Assembly: GCA_041659685.1 (NCBI GenBank)
Contig: JBAZXV010000003.1
Location: 66,040-130,039 of the forward strand
DNA: 64,000 nucleotides
From: Parcubacteria group bacterium
GTDB taxonomy: Bacteria > Patescibacteriota > Minisyncoccia > Moranbacterales > UBA11712
Direction of reading: 5' to 3'
Below, piece after piece: positions 20,468 through 30,509 of the stretch. Position numbers and translations under genes: made by a program. Position 1 is the first letter of the stretch. Each line of letters begins with the position of its first letter. The notes beneath the pieces were generated by a model, which saw only the letters and a program-made list of their open reading frames with translations, searched no databases and was not told where the DNA came from.

Positions 20468-20518
20468 AAAATTGAAAAAAGAAGAAACCTTCCGGACCCC
20501 GTAGGATCGGAAGGTTTC
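20468..20518 (-). terminator. Terminator (minus strand), possibly bidirectional
   Basis: 11-bp stem gaaaccttccg/cggaaggtttc. On the minus strand it is followed by TTCTTTTTTCAATTTT. Confidence 0.55.
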
Positions 20519-20547
20519 GCGAGGGGCGCCGCAACGCCGTGAAAGGC

Positions 20548-20907
20548 TCAGTAGATTTCTACCGCCACCAGAAGATGCAGGTTAACCGCATCGCAGGGAA
20601 TGTTTTCAGGCGGCCACGCTACGCGTTGTGGGATGGGCCGGCCACGCTTGCTCTTGGATAAGTCGGTCAAATGGAAGATGGAGTGTCCTCCGGGCTTGTC
20701 GGGATGCATCAAGACGTGATTGCGCACCACGACATTTTCAAGGATAAAGGACTCGCCCAGAGTACTTTTCCCTATAACCCTGACCTTTGGCCTATCCCCG
20801 AAATCCATCTTCATTTGCCGCAACAGTTCCTGCAGCGCCAGCGGTCCATCAAAACGTTGAATGCGCCGATTGCTCATGCGTATCCTCCTCGCACAAAATG
20901 GTTGCAT
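20548..20907 (-). CDS. Hypothetical protein (possible metallophosphoesterase-like fragment)
   Basis: ORF plus terminator. The start may instead be the internal Met at 20877. Confidence 0.35.
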   Translation of the reverse strand: MQPFCARRIRMSNRRIQRFDGPLALQELLRQMKMDFGDRPKVRVIGKSTLGESFILENVVVRNHVLMHPDKPGGHSIFHLTDLSKSKRGRPIPQRVAWPPENIPCDAVNLHLLVAVEIY

Positions 20908-21034
20908 TGCCTATAGATTAATAGGCCTGGTGATTCCAGTCAACAGAAGAAATTTATCCTAAAAAAATTCGAGGCCGGGGCGCTCCTCCGAAGCACCACC
21001 GGCCTTTTGAATATTATCGAGCAGAAATTCAGCT

Positions 21035-21355
21035 CTATATTCTGGTGTTTACGATATTGACCACGGCATCGTCACCGAAGTTATCGGTAAAATATTCCTT
21101 GATAGCCGCTTTCAATTTTTCCCCTTGATTCTCTATGAACCCTAACCACCAGATCTCGCAGGAGGGATTCCTTTCCTCAGCCAGGAGATCCTGAGGGAAA
21201 GAAAAATTGATGCCAAAATCTTGGACGTTGACTATGCTGTAGATCAAAGAAGAAAGCTCGTCTCTAATCCTCTTGATGACAGCCGTATCCTTCCCGTCCA
21301 GCCCACTGACTCGACATACCAGATTTTCCGTACACTTAAATCTTTTCCCGACCAT
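21035..21355 (-). CDS. Hypothetical protein
   Basis: ORF only. Confidence 0.35.
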   Translation of the reverse strand: MVGKRFKCTENLVCRVSGLDGKDTAVIKRIRDELSSLIYSIVNVQDFGINFSFPQDLLAEERNPSCEIWWLGFIENQGEKLKAAIKEYFTDNFGDDAVVNIVNTRI

Positions 21356-21422
21356 GGTAAGTCACTCTCCTTCCTCTATATTTTTTTCTTACCCCCAACC
21401 TAGCACGCCCTGCGAGGAAAAA

Positions 21423-22058
21423 TCAAGTTCTTTTCAGAACTTCACTATTCAAAGTATCAAAAATAATATCGGCTCTTTGAATGTGCGGGAGCAGTAAATT
21501 TCGATAATTCACGATGCTGATTTCCTCAAAATGCTTTCGAAGCGCTTTTCTGTTTTTGAAAACCGTCTTGAATCCCCCGCGCTTCACAACCCGGTTAATC
21601 AAAACATCTTCCGGCGCCCAGGTGAAGATGATGAAATCGGCCACTTCGCTGAAATCAAGCGTCCCTTCGACAATGATATTTTCCTCGGGAACAATTTTTT
21701 CTTTTTCTTTTTTTATACTTTGGGTTTTATAGCTGAAAACGGGCTTCAAAATGTTTTCTCCTTGTCTTAATTTTTCCATTTGCCGCAAGAACAAACTTTT
21801 CTTTCTCGAATTCCAATCATATCCAGAAATCCTTTCTCGCATCCGGGTGACAAGATCACAGGCAAAATAATCGTCAATGTTAACCATTGTCACGGCGCGC
21901 GGCAAAAGCCGCTTCAGATTTTTCCCGAGAGTCGTTTTTCCGCTTCCGGCCGCGCCCGCGATCGCTATGATTCTGTGGACATCGGCATTAATGATCCCGG
22001 CAATATATTCCTCGGGAGATCGCCGCAGACTGGATTTCTTAAACCCGGAAAATTTCAT
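21423..22058 (-). CDS. P-loop nucleoside kinase (uridine kinase/phosphoribulokinase family)
   Basis: Walker A IAIAGAAGSGKTT followed by IDDYF, as in Udk. Confidence 0.55.
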   Translation of the reverse strand: MKFSGFKKSSLRRSPEEYIAGIINADVHRIIAIAGAAGSGKTTLGKNLKRLLPRAVTMVNIDDYFACDLVTRMRERISGYDWNSRKKSLFLRQMEKLRQGENILKPVFSYKTQSIKKEKEKIVPEENIIVEGTLDFSEVADFIIFTWAPEDVLINRVVKRGGFKTVFKNRKALRKHFEEISIVNYRNLLLPHIQRADIIFDTLNSEVLKRT

Positions 22059-22254
22059 GGGACGAATCGCATAATATTTATGAAGCTCCCTGATCTTACC
22101 TGCCTTGCCGGCAGACGGGCGCTCGTGATTTTTTTGCGAAGAGAGATAAATTTATCTGAAATTTAGCAAATAATGGCCCGATAATCAAACCGAGGGGATT
22201 TGATTTTATTATTTCTTTCAGGTAAATTTTAGGCAATGGGTAACAGAAAAAAGA

Positions 22255-22620
22255 ATGAAGAAAATATTTTATCGAAAACTTATCCGCGACAATATTCCCA
22301 AAGAGATGTTAAGGGCCGGAGCAAAATTTGAAGTCCGAAAACTGGGGAAAAAGGATTTCGAAAAAGAGCTTCTCAAAAAAGTCGGGGAGGAAGCCAGCGG
22401 ACTTCTGGCGGCAAAAAACAAAAAAGAGATCATCGAAGAGCTGGCGGACGTCTTGGATGTGACCGAAGAAATCAGGCGGTATTGGAAAATAAATCCGGCG
22501 CGGATCAGAGAAAAGCAAAAGGAAAATGCCCGCAGAAAAGGCGGATTTAAAGAAAAGACTTATCTCGTCTGGTCGGAAGATACGGGATACAGGACGAATG
22601 AGAAAAAATATAATAAATGA
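22255..22620 (+). CDS. MazG-like nucleoside triphosphate pyrophosphohydrolase (small all-alpha, COG4997-like)
   Basis: KLIRDNIP...EELADVLDV pattern typical of short house-cleaning NTP pyrophosphatases. Confidence 0.5.
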   Translation: MKKIFYRKLIRDNIPKEMLRAGAKFEVRKLGKKDFEKELLKKVGEEASGLLAAKNKKEIIEELADVLDVTEEIRRYWKINPARIREKQKENARRKGGFKEKTYLVWSEDTGYRTNEKKYNK

Positions 22621-22664
22621 TTTTCCCATAGCTATCGCAGTGATAATATTTCAGAATACCTAAT

Positions 22665-23423
22665 ATGCAAGTGAAATTCATTTGCCTCAACTTATGGCTC
22701 GGCGGAAAAATTTTTGATCCGATCCTGGAATTTCTTGAAAAAGAAAGTCCGGATGTTTTGGTTTTGCAGGAGGTTTATGACGGAAAAGATTCCGGATTAG
22801 AGAAAAGACTGCGATCATTTGAATTTATCAGGCAACAACTGAATTACAATCACTCCTTCTTTTCTCCGGCTGTTATTGACATTCATAAGGAAGGGAAAAT
22901 AGAACAAGGCAATGCGATTTTATCCAAATTGCCGATTGTCAAAACAAAAACCGTCTTCTATGATATTCCCATTCGGGAAAGAAAAATAATCGAAGGTCCC
23001 GGAGATTTTTCTTTAACACCCCGCAATCTGCAGCATGTCGAAATAGAAGCTGGAGACAGGAGCATAAACATATTCAACACCCAAGGAATCTGGGGAAAAG
23101 ACGGAGAAGACAACGAGAGGCGCCTCAAAATGAGCGAAATTATAGTTCGCGAAATTGAAGGCAAAGGAAATGTAATTTTGGCAGGGGATTTTAACACCTA
23201 CCCAAAAACAGAAACCGTCGCAATGATAGAAAAAAAACTAAAAAACATATTTAAAGACAAACTTGCGACCACTTTCAATATGAAACGGAAAAATAATCCC
23301 CTGTTTATTCCCAATGTTGTCGATTTTGTTTTTGCGAGCGAAAACATAAAAGTGGTTGACCGTTATTGCCCTGATGTCGATATTTCTGACCATCTTCCCC
23401 TCGTTTGCGTTTTTGAAATATGA
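22665..23423 (+). CDS. Endonuclease/exonuclease/phosphatase (EEP) family protein
   Basis: LQEV near the N-terminus, GDFNTYP, and the C-terminal SDHLPLV catalytic His motif. Confidence 0.75.
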   Translation: MQVKFICLNLWLGGKIFDPILEFLEKESPDVLVLQEVYDGKDSGLEKRLRSFEFIRQQLNYNHSFFSPAVIDIHKEGKIEQGNAILSKLPIVKTKTVFYDIPIRERKIIEGPGDFSLTPRNLQHVEIEAGDRSINIFNTQGIWGKDGEDNERRLKMSEIIVREIEGKGNVILAGDFNTYPKTETVAMIEKKLKNIFKDKLATTFNMKRKNNPLFIPNVVDFVFASENIKVVDRYCPDVDISDHLPLVCVFEI

Positions 23424-23470
23424 AGAAAGCGCCCGCCGAAGTCCGGAGGGCGCTTTATCTGCTAGGGCCT

Positions 23471-24304
23471 TCATTCATACCCGATGTCCGTAACCGTGAC
23501 GGAATTGGGTCCGCGGCGCAAAAAAATGGATATTTTTCCGGAAGCGACACGGATTTTCTTTTTGGAAAATATTCCCGAAAATAGCGCCTGCAGATCGATC
23601 ACACTGTCGATATCAGTTTCGGAAAGACGGATCAATCTGTCTTTCATGACATGAAAGCGATCGATATTCCCCTTTCTGATCCGCAGAATGCTTTTCTTTG
23701 CCTTGTCTTCATAATCAAGGGGAATCGACCTGCCGCCGGCGCGGATCACTTCCGGAATCCCCAACGAATCAAAGTCTATTTCCCCGGCTTTCTCTTCCCG
23801 GTATCCTGGCGGCGTGAAGACGCGTTTTTTAGAAGCTTCACCGCTTTTTCTTTTCCTGCGGCGAACAGGAATTTTCCGCATCGCCTCGTCCTTTGCGGGT
23901 TTCCTCAATGGCTTTCTCCTCTTCGAAACCCAAAAGTTATTTAAGTCCTTGAAATCAGCAATACCTGCGCTTATCAGGCAACGGATGATAAGGTGCCTGA
24001 CATTAATCCTTTCCTCTCCAAAGCAAAGCGCGCCGCTTGCGGCTGATTTTTTTCCGGTAGCCAAAAAGTCCAGGGCTTTTTTGAAACTGGCGACGTATTC
24101 TTTCAGAGACTTTGGAATGATTTGCTGCTTCCCGCAGATCACTTCCAATTTTTGTTCGTCAAGTTTAAGCTTCATGGTCCGCTTGCTATAGGTAGCGTAG
24201 TGTGTGACCAGTCTCAAATTTTCCATTATACGGTCGCTTATTCCAAGAATGGCTTTGCATTCTTCCGCGACAAGCATCAATTTCATCAGTTCCAAGTTGG
24301 ACAT
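23471..24304 (-). CDS. Hypothetical basic protein
   Basis: 277 aa. Lys/Arg-rich centre (RRRKRK). No confident family assignment. Confidence 0.4.
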   Translation of the reverse strand: MSNLELMKLMLVAEECKAILGISDRIMENLRLVTHYATYSKRTMKLKLDEQKLEVICGKQQIIPKSLKEYVASFKKALDFLATGKKSAASGALCFGEERINVRHLIIRCLISAGIADFKDLNNFWVSKRRKPLRKPAKDEAMRKIPVRRRKRKSGEASKKRVFTPPGYREEKAGEIDFDSLGIPEVIRAGGRSIPLDYEDKAKKSILRIRKGNIDRFHVMKDRLIRLSETDIDSVIDLQALFSGIFSKKKIRVASGKISIFLRRGPNSVTVTDIGYE

Positions 24305-24491
24305 TTCACACCCCGCTGAATTTTTAAATAAGCAAGGCCCGAAGAGCCTCTAGACTGATACGGCGATTGACATTGGCAAATTTCAGAAACGGGTTTGACC
24401 ATTACCCGTTTTTTTCATATTATTCAATTAAGGCCTGCTGCGTGGCATCATACGCAGTTATTTTTTAAATATAATATCCACCCAAGCAATT

Positions 24492-25211
24492 ATGAAAAAG
24501 AAACCGAAGTACAAGCGAATTCTTTTGAAGCTCTCAGGCGAAGCAATGCGGGGAAAGCGGGAGTTTGGAATCGATCCGGAGTTTATTTCGTATCTCGCTT
24601 CTGAAATCGCCGGCGCGCACAAACTTGGCGTTCAGATCGCTGTTGTCACCGGCGGCGGAAATATTTTCCGCGGCGTGGCCGGATCGAAGCGGGGCATGGA
24701 CGAAGCCACCGCCCACTATATGGGAATGCTTGCCACCATCTTTAACGCCATGGCTCTCCAGGATGCCCTTGAAAATAAAGGGCTGGTCGTCCGGATGCAA
24801 ACCGCCATTGAAATGAAGCAAATAGCCGAAAATTTCATCCGCAAAAAAGCCATCCGCCACATGGAAAAGGGGCGGGTCGTGGTCTTGGGCGGCGGAACAG
24901 GGCTTCCTTTCATCACCACCGACACCGGCGCGGCAATGCGGGCGCTTGAACTCGGATGCGACGCGGTTTTCAAGGCGACAAAAGTGGACGGAGTTTATTC
25001 CGACGATCCCGTTAAAAATCCGCGGGCGAAAAAATTTGATAAGCTTTCTTTCGAAGAAGCTTTTAAGAACGACCGGATAAAAATAATGGACAAGGCGGCC
25101 GTCGAGCTCTGCATGCGGAACAACATGAAAATTGTCGTCTTTAACACCTACAAAAAAGGCGCCCTTCAGAAAGCGCTCCTCGGAGAAAAAGTGGGAACGG
25201 TCATTGAGTAG
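24492..25211 (+). CDS. pyrH: UMP kinase
   Basis: ILLKLSGEA, VVTGGGNIFRG and TTDTGAA motifs. 239 aa. Confidence 0.9.
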   Translation: MKKKPKYKRILLKLSGEAMRGKREFGIDPEFISYLASEIAGAHKLGVQIAVVTGGGNIFRGVAGSKRGMDEATAHYMGMLATIFNAMALQDALENKGLVVRMQTAIEMKQIAENFIRKKAIRHMEKGRVVVLGGGTGLPFITTDTGAAMRALELGCDAVFKATKVDGVYSDDPVKNPRAKKFDKLSFEEAFKNDRIKIMDKAAVELCMRNNMKIVVFNTYKKGALQKALLGEKVGTVIE

Positions 25212-25291
25212 CAAGACGAAGTTAAAACGTCCATTTCAATGGGCGTTTTTCGTTGATATGGTATAATGACTAAAACAAATAAAACAATAAG

Positions 25292-26266
25292 ATGAGAAAA
25301 AAGATAAGCAAATTTCTGAGACGTCTGGGAAACCGGCACAACATCACCGCTATCGGAAATATTTTAGCTGTTTGCGGTATTTCTTTTGCCTTGGCGTTGG
25401 TGACAGCCAGCTTCTCCCGTTATCGAGGCGCCCAACTCCAAAAGGAGAAGCGCCAGTCCGCTTATTCGGATGAGTTGAAAAAATTATCCGGCATAACCAC
25501 TGATCTCAAACAGGTTTCTGATCCGACTGCCGATTGGAAAACCTACGAAAACAAAAATCATCATCTTTCGCTTAAATATCCCCCGGCCTGGCAAGATGCG
25601 CGGGAGAACTTTGCCAATAAGGGGGAAAATTATCTCCTCAGGATATCTTTCGATGAAAAGGGATTAATGGGCGGGAACGGCGTAAAGGGATTCGATGTTT
25701 TCATTTACAGCGCCGCGAAATTCCCCGGGCCCATAGGAACGGATGATTTGAAGAAAAAAGCTGAAAATATTTTACTTGAAGACTGTCCGCATCTTGACGA
25801 CATTACACTGGGAGAAAAAGGCTACCCGGCCAAAGAGGTAAACGTTTCGCGGGACAACCCGTGCTTCGAAGAAACTTTTTTCTACAGCCTCACAGAAAAC
25901 GGATATACATTTAACATAATTCCCCGACAGGAAAAAAATAAAATTATTTTTGAATACGGGAAAAAAATTGACACCTTGGGAAATTTTTCAGAATTCTATG
26001 ACATTGTTTCCACTCTCGATTTTGCACAGCAAGAAAGCATTATTCAAATCCCCAAGAAAATCATCCGAAGGGTGGCCAGTCCCGCACAAGTCAGGTATAC
26101 TTCCGGAGCGCGCTGCGCTGAAAAAAACGACCATCCGAGAAACAGCAAGACCAAAGGCAAGCATATGGACGAAGATTGCTGTCCTGATCCAGACGAATGG
26201 CCGAATCCCCATTGCGCTTATTCCAGCAGCGCACTGAACCTGATGAGAGCCAGGCCAAAAAAATAA
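25292..26266 (+). CDS. Hypothetical membrane-anchored protein
   Basis: N-terminal transmembrane helix. Cys-rich C-terminal tail DCCPDPDEWPNPHC. Confidence 0.45.
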   Translation: MRKKISKFLRRLGNRHNITAIGNILAVCGISFALALVTASFSRYRGAQLQKEKRQSAYSDELKKLSGITTDLKQVSDPTADWKTYENKNHHLSLKYPPAWQDARENFANKGENYLLRISFDEKGLMGGNGVKGFDVFIYSAAKFPGPIGTDDLKKKAENILLEDCPHLDDITLGEKGYPAKEVNVSRDNPCFEETFFYSLTENGYTFNIIPRQEKNKIIFEYGKKIDTLGNFSEFYDIVSTLDFAQQESIIQIPKKIIRRVASPAQVRYTSGARCAEKNDHPRNSKTKGKHMDEDCCPDPDEWPNPHCAYSSSALNLMRARPKK

Positions 26267-26518
26267 TATTTGCTTCTAAATATAAATTTTCGCAGAAATT
26301 GTTGCTTGGAAAATTTACTTTTGTCGAAAAAATACATAGCAGATCCGCGTCCGAATTTTTTTCGCGACAAAAATAAACCTCGAGTTCAATTTCAATAAAA
26401 TTTATATTAGAAGTTAACCGCTTATGGGAAAATTAACCAAAGAATAAAAAATCAACCCCGCACCAATTCATTATTCTTTTAGCGTGTGGTTTTTTAAAGA
26501 AAATATTTAAAATAAACG

Positions 26519-27166
26519 ATGGTGGAACCATTAGAAAAACCGAAAAATGGTGCCGGGGTAAACATATTTATCCTCTCCAGTTCCCTTTACGTCTCTTTCC
26601 AAATTTTCGCCAATATCCTTTCGACTAAAATCGCTTTCTTGCCGATTATCAATCTGGCAATCGACGGCGGAACGATAATTTATCCGCTGACGTTTACGCT
26701 GCGCGATTTCGTCCACAAGACTCATGGGAAAAAAGACGCGCGGCAGGTGATTATCGTAGCGGCCCTTCTCAACGCCGTCATGTTCGGCCTTTTCTGGCTG
26801 GTCGGAAAGTTGCCGGCTGACTCTTCCTGGGGATACCAGGAGGCGTACAATCAAATCCTTCTCCCTGTGGGAAGAATTGTCCTCGCCAGTATCATTGCCC
26901 AGGTCATATCGGAGCTTATTGACACAGAGATATTCAGCATAGTATACAAAAAGACGAGCGACATCCGGGCCGTTTTCTCCTCAAATTTAGTAGCACTCGT
27001 CTTTGACAGCTTCATTTTCGGATTCATCGCCTTTCTCGGAGCTTTGCCGTTTTCAACCGTAATGCAAATTGTCCTTGCCAACATCTTAATTAAACTCGTC
27101 ATCAGCACCCTGAGCGTCCCGACAATCAAGCTGGTTCCCCGCACGGCAAAATTTGAAGATATATAA
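26519..27166 (+). CDS. Queuosine-precursor transporter (YhhQ/VUT, DUF165)
   Basis: Six transmembrane helices. IYPLTFTLRDFVHKTHG and the C-terminal ANILIKLVISTLSVPT parallel E. coli YhhQ segments. Confidence 0.6.
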   Translation: MVEPLEKPKNGAGVNIFILSSSLYVSFQIFANILSTKIAFLPIINLAIDGGTIIYPLTFTLRDFVHKTHGKKDARQVIIVAALLNAVMFGLFWLVGKLPADSSWGYQEAYNQILLPVGRIVLASIIAQVISELIDTEIFSIVYKKTSDIRAVFSSNLVALVFDSFIFGFIAFLGALPFSTVMQIVLANILIKLVISTLSVPTIKLVPRTAKFEDI

Positions 27167-27192
27167 GAATATAATAAATACTATATAAAAAA

Positions 27193-27834
27193 ATGGACTA
27201 CCAAAAAGAAATTGCGAGGGCTCTTCTTGAAATCGGCGCGGTTGGTTTTAAACCCGAAAAGCCTCTCACCTTCAAGTCGGGAATAATTTCCCCCGTTTAT
27301 GTGGACAACCGCATTTTTCCGTGCCATCCGGAAAAACTTAAAATCGTCATTGAAGGATTCAGAGCTTTGGTTAAGGAAAAAAATATTGATTTTGATATGG
27401 TCGCCGGAATTGCGGTAGGGGGAATTCCTTACAGCGCTGTTTTGGGGTACGTCATGCAAAAGCCGTCCGTTTTTGTCAGAAAAGAATCGAAGGGATACGG
27501 AAAAAACAAACGGGTTGAGGGGGGAGACGTAAACGGGAAAAAAATACTGCTCGTCGAAGATCTGGTTTCAACCGGAAGCAGCAGCCTCTCCGGGGTCGAC
27601 GCTTTGCGGTCCGAGGGCGCGATTATTGATGATTGCCTTATTATTGTCAGCTATGAATTTAAAGAAGCGGAAGATAATTTCAAAAAAGAAAAAGTCAATC
27701 TGCATGCCTTAACTTCTTTTCCGGTTATTTTTCAAGAAGCTGTGGAAATGAAAATTATTACCGAGGATGTGAAAAAAATAGTTGAAGACTGGCTCTCTGA
27801 TCCCCACGGCTGGGCAGGAAGGCACGGATTTTAG
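27193..27834 (+). CDS. pyrE: Orotate phosphoribosyltransferase
   Basis: PRPP-binding motif KILLVEDLVSTGSS. N-terminal OPRTase-like hood. Confidence 0.75.
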   Translation: MDYQKEIARALLEIGAVGFKPEKPLTFKSGIISPVYVDNRIFPCHPEKLKIVIEGFRALVKEKNIDFDMVAGIAVGGIPYSAVLGYVMQKPSVFVRKESKGYGKNKRVEGGDVNGKKILLVEDLVSTGSSSLSGVDALRSEGAIIDDCLIIVSYEFKEAEDNFKKEKVNLHALTSFPVIFQEAVEMKIITEDVKKIVEDWLSDPHGWAGRHGF

Positions 27835-27858
27835 GTCGCGTAACGATTAGCGCAAAAC

Positions 27859-28491
27859 ATGGAGCAAACTATGGAAAAATTAAAAAACGAATACATCAAC
27901 GCTATTTATGCGGAGAAAGCATTTCTGGTGAAAGAAAAACCTCTTAGGCTCCACCATGGCGGAGAAAGCCATCTTTATCTCAATCATCGGGAATTTTTGT
28001 CGAAATACAAATACCTTGATCTCCTGTCCAATATCTATATTGAACTTATTCCAAAAGGACTGGAAAACTTCAAACTGGGCGCGCTTGATTCGCAGATGAG
28101 TCCGGTGCTTTGCGGATTGATTTCAGCCAAGTTGGAAAAAGATATTGTGATTGTGAAGGAGAATATCACTCCTTACGGCCTCGAGCAAAAGATTTATGGA
28201 AACCCAAGCGGCGAGATTGTGCTGATTGACGATATGACATCGACCGGAACAATGCCGATCAACGCGGCAAAAGCGCTCCGCGAAAAAGGCGCAACCGTAA
28301 AAAATCTCATTGTTTCCGCCTGCCGCGATCTCTCGGCAGTTGAAAATACGGCCAAGGAAGATATCAAGACTCTTTATGCCGCGACTTTTGAGGAAATTTT
28401 GAAAACTCTTTGGGAAAAGTTGAGTGATTCGGAAAAAAATACTGTTCGCAAAGAAATAGGAGAGAAAAAGTATAACTGGGAATTGAGATGA
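27859..28491 (+). CDS. Second type-I phosphoribosyltransferase (OPRTase-like paralog)
   Basis: IVLIDDMTSTGTM PRPP loop. Divergent from the neighbouring pyrE. Confidence 0.55.
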   Translation: MEQTMEKLKNEYINAIYAEKAFLVKEKPLRLHHGGESHLYLNHREFLSKYKYLDLLSNIYIELIPKGLENFKLGALDSQMSPVLCGLISAKLEKDIVIVKENITPYGLEQKIYGNPSGEIVLIDDMTSTGTMPINAAKALREKGATVKNLIVSACRDLSAVENTAKEDIKTLYAATFEEILKTLWEKLSDSEKNTVRKEIGEKKYNWELR

Positions 28492-28561
28492 AGATTGTTA
28501 CAGTATACTAGTATACTGTAACAAATATAATTTACACAGTATAATAATTCACAAAAATCGT

Positions 28562-29359
28562 ATGCCAATTATCGAAAAATACAACAAACGCGCGGAGAGG
28601 GTGAATTCCCTTGCCTGCGTCGGGCTTGATTCGGAACTTGAGAAAATTCCGGAGCGATTCAAAAAACAGGAAAATCCGCAATTTGAGTTCAATAAGTGGA
28701 TTATTGACCAAACCCATGAATTTGTGGCGGCTTTCAAGGCCAATATCGCCTTCTATGACCAGCGCGGGGATCAGGGAATTCGGGAACTCAAGATGACCGA
28801 GGATTATCTCAAGGAAAATCATCCGGATATTTTCCGGATTTGCGATTCAAAGAGAGGCGACATTGGAAATACAAATAAGGGATACGTCGAGGAACTTTTC
28901 GACTGGTTTGATTTTGACGCAATCACCCTGCACCCTTATATGGGAAAAGAGTCGCTTCAGCCGTTTCTCGAAAGAAGCGACAAGGGATGCATAATCCTGT
29001 GCCGCACCTCAAATCCCGGCGCGGGAGAGCTTCAAGATCTTCTTGTCGGCGATAAGCCGGTCTGGCAAATTGTCGCGGAAAAAGTGCGGGACAACTGGAA
29101 CAAAAATAATAATTGTATGCTGGTTGTCGGCGTAACCGTTCCCGAAGAAGCAAAAAAAATCAGAGAAATCGTTGGAGATATGACGTTTCTTATGCCCGGA
29201 GCCGGCGCCCAGGGCGGTGATATTGAAGCTACTGTTAAGGCCTCTCTCAATTCAGAAAAGAAAGGCTTTATTTTGAATTCCTCCCGCGGCGTGATATTTT
29301 CGGAAAACCCGGCGGAAGAAGCCCGAAAACTTCGGGATGAAATAAATAAATATCGATAA
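28562..29359 (+). CDS. pyrF: Orotidine-5'-phosphate decarboxylase (long type-2 form)
   Basis: N-terminal LACVGLDSELEKIP and DSKRGDIGNT with catalytic Lys. 265 aa. Confidence 0.75.
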   Translation: MPIIEKYNKRAERVNSLACVGLDSELEKIPERFKKQENPQFEFNKWIIDQTHEFVAAFKANIAFYDQRGDQGIRELKMTEDYLKENHPDIFRICDSKRGDIGNTNKGYVEELFDWFDFDAITLHPYMGKESLQPFLERSDKGCIILCRTSNPGAGELQDLLVGDKPVWQIVAEKVRDNWNKNNNCMLVVGVTVPEEAKKIREIVGDMTFLMPGAGAQGGDIEATVKASLNSEKKGFILNSSRGVIFSENPAEEARKLRDEINKYR

Positions 29360-29444
29360 AGGTATCAATCATTAAAGGTATCTTCAAAAAGATGCATTTT
29401 AAAAAAATTGTTTTCAGGATTTTAAATGGCTGAAAAACATATAG

Positions 29445-30026
29445 ATGCGCCGAATATTAAAAACAGGCGGGATAATTATTGTTCTTCTGACGGTGTTATT
29501 GGTCGCGGCGGCAGCCTGGAATATTTCCGGCAACCGAAAAAAATACGATCCAAAAAATATAGTAATCAATAAATCTGACGCAATGAAGATTTCAAGTCCG
29601 GCATTTGAAAACAATGGAAATATTCCTGAAAAATACACTTGTGACGGACACAGCGTAAATCCGCCTTTGGAAATTACGGATGTTCCCGAAGGCACTGAAA
29701 GCTTGGCGTTCATCATGCATGACCCTGATGCGATTATTTCGGGAGGATTCGTCCACTGGGTGCTATATAATTTCAGCCCGGATACGAAAGAAATACCGGA
29801 GAACGGCAAACCGACAGACGCAACAGAAGGAAATAGCAGTTCCCATGAAACAGGGTACGTCGGCCCGTGTCCTCCTTTCGGGACACACCACTACCATTTT
29901 AAGGTTTTTGCACTTGATACGAAATTGGACCTTGATAGCGGAGAAACAAGGGATGATTTATTAAAAGCGATGGAAGGCCATATTATTGACAATGCGGAAT
30001 TGGTCGCCTTATATGAAAAACAATAA
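29445..30026 (+). CDS. YbhB/YbcL-family PEBP protein
   Basis: DPDA...GGFVHWVLYN...GPCPPFGTHHYHFKVFALD matches YbhB. N-terminal transmembrane or signal segment. Confidence 0.8.
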   Translation: MRRILKTGGIIIVLLTVLLVAAAAWNISGNRKKYDPKNIVINKSDAMKISSPAFENNGNIPEKYTCDGHSVNPPLEITDVPEGTESLAFIMHDPDAIISGGFVHWVLYNFSPDTKEIPENGKPTDATEGNSSSHETGYVGPCPPFGTHHYHFKVFALDTKLDLDSGETRDDLLKAMEGHIIDNAELVALYEKQ

Positions 30027-30029
30027 AAT

Positions 30030-30497
30030 ATGCACGAATTATTCAAAAAAAGAAAATCCGTCCGCAAATTTAAAGACCAGGCGGTCGAACCGGCAAAAAT
30101 AGACGAGATTCTGGAAGCGGCCAATTCCGCCCCTTCCGCCGGAAACCTCAAAGCAAGAAAAATTATTGTTGTTTGGGAAAAAGAAATCAGAGAAAAAATA
30201 TCCGAAGCCGCTTTCGGACAAGACTCCGTAATTAAGGCCCCTGTCGCTTTGGTATTTATCGCTCTTCCCAGGATATCTGCCCGGAAATACAGCTCTCGCG
30301 GAGAAAATCTTTACGCCATTCAGGATGCTACTATTGCGGCCAGTTTTGCCTGGATCGAAGCTGTTAATCTCGGCCTTTCGAGCTGCTGGGTCGGAGGATT
30401 CGAAGAAAATGACATCAAGGAAATCCTTGGACTCGGAACAGATGAAAAACCAGTCGCCATTTTGCCTATCGGATACGGAAAAGGAATTTTCAAATAA
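30030..30497 (+). CDS. Nitroreductase family protein
   Basis: RKSVRKF FMN-binding motif near the N-terminus. 155-aa small nitroreductase fold. Confidence 0.7.
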   Translation: MHELFKKRKSVRKFKDQAVEPAKIDEILEAANSAPSAGNLKARKIIVVWEKEIREKISEAAFGQDSVIKAPVALVFIALPRISARKYSSRGENLYAIQDATIAASFAWIEAVNLGLSSCWVGGFEENDIKEILGLGTDEKPVAILPIGYGKGIFK

Positions 30498-30509
30498 AAA
30501 GGAAAAACA

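Noticed and set aside
24534-25214. 226-aa minus-strand ORF.
   Set aside because: Antisense to pyrH.
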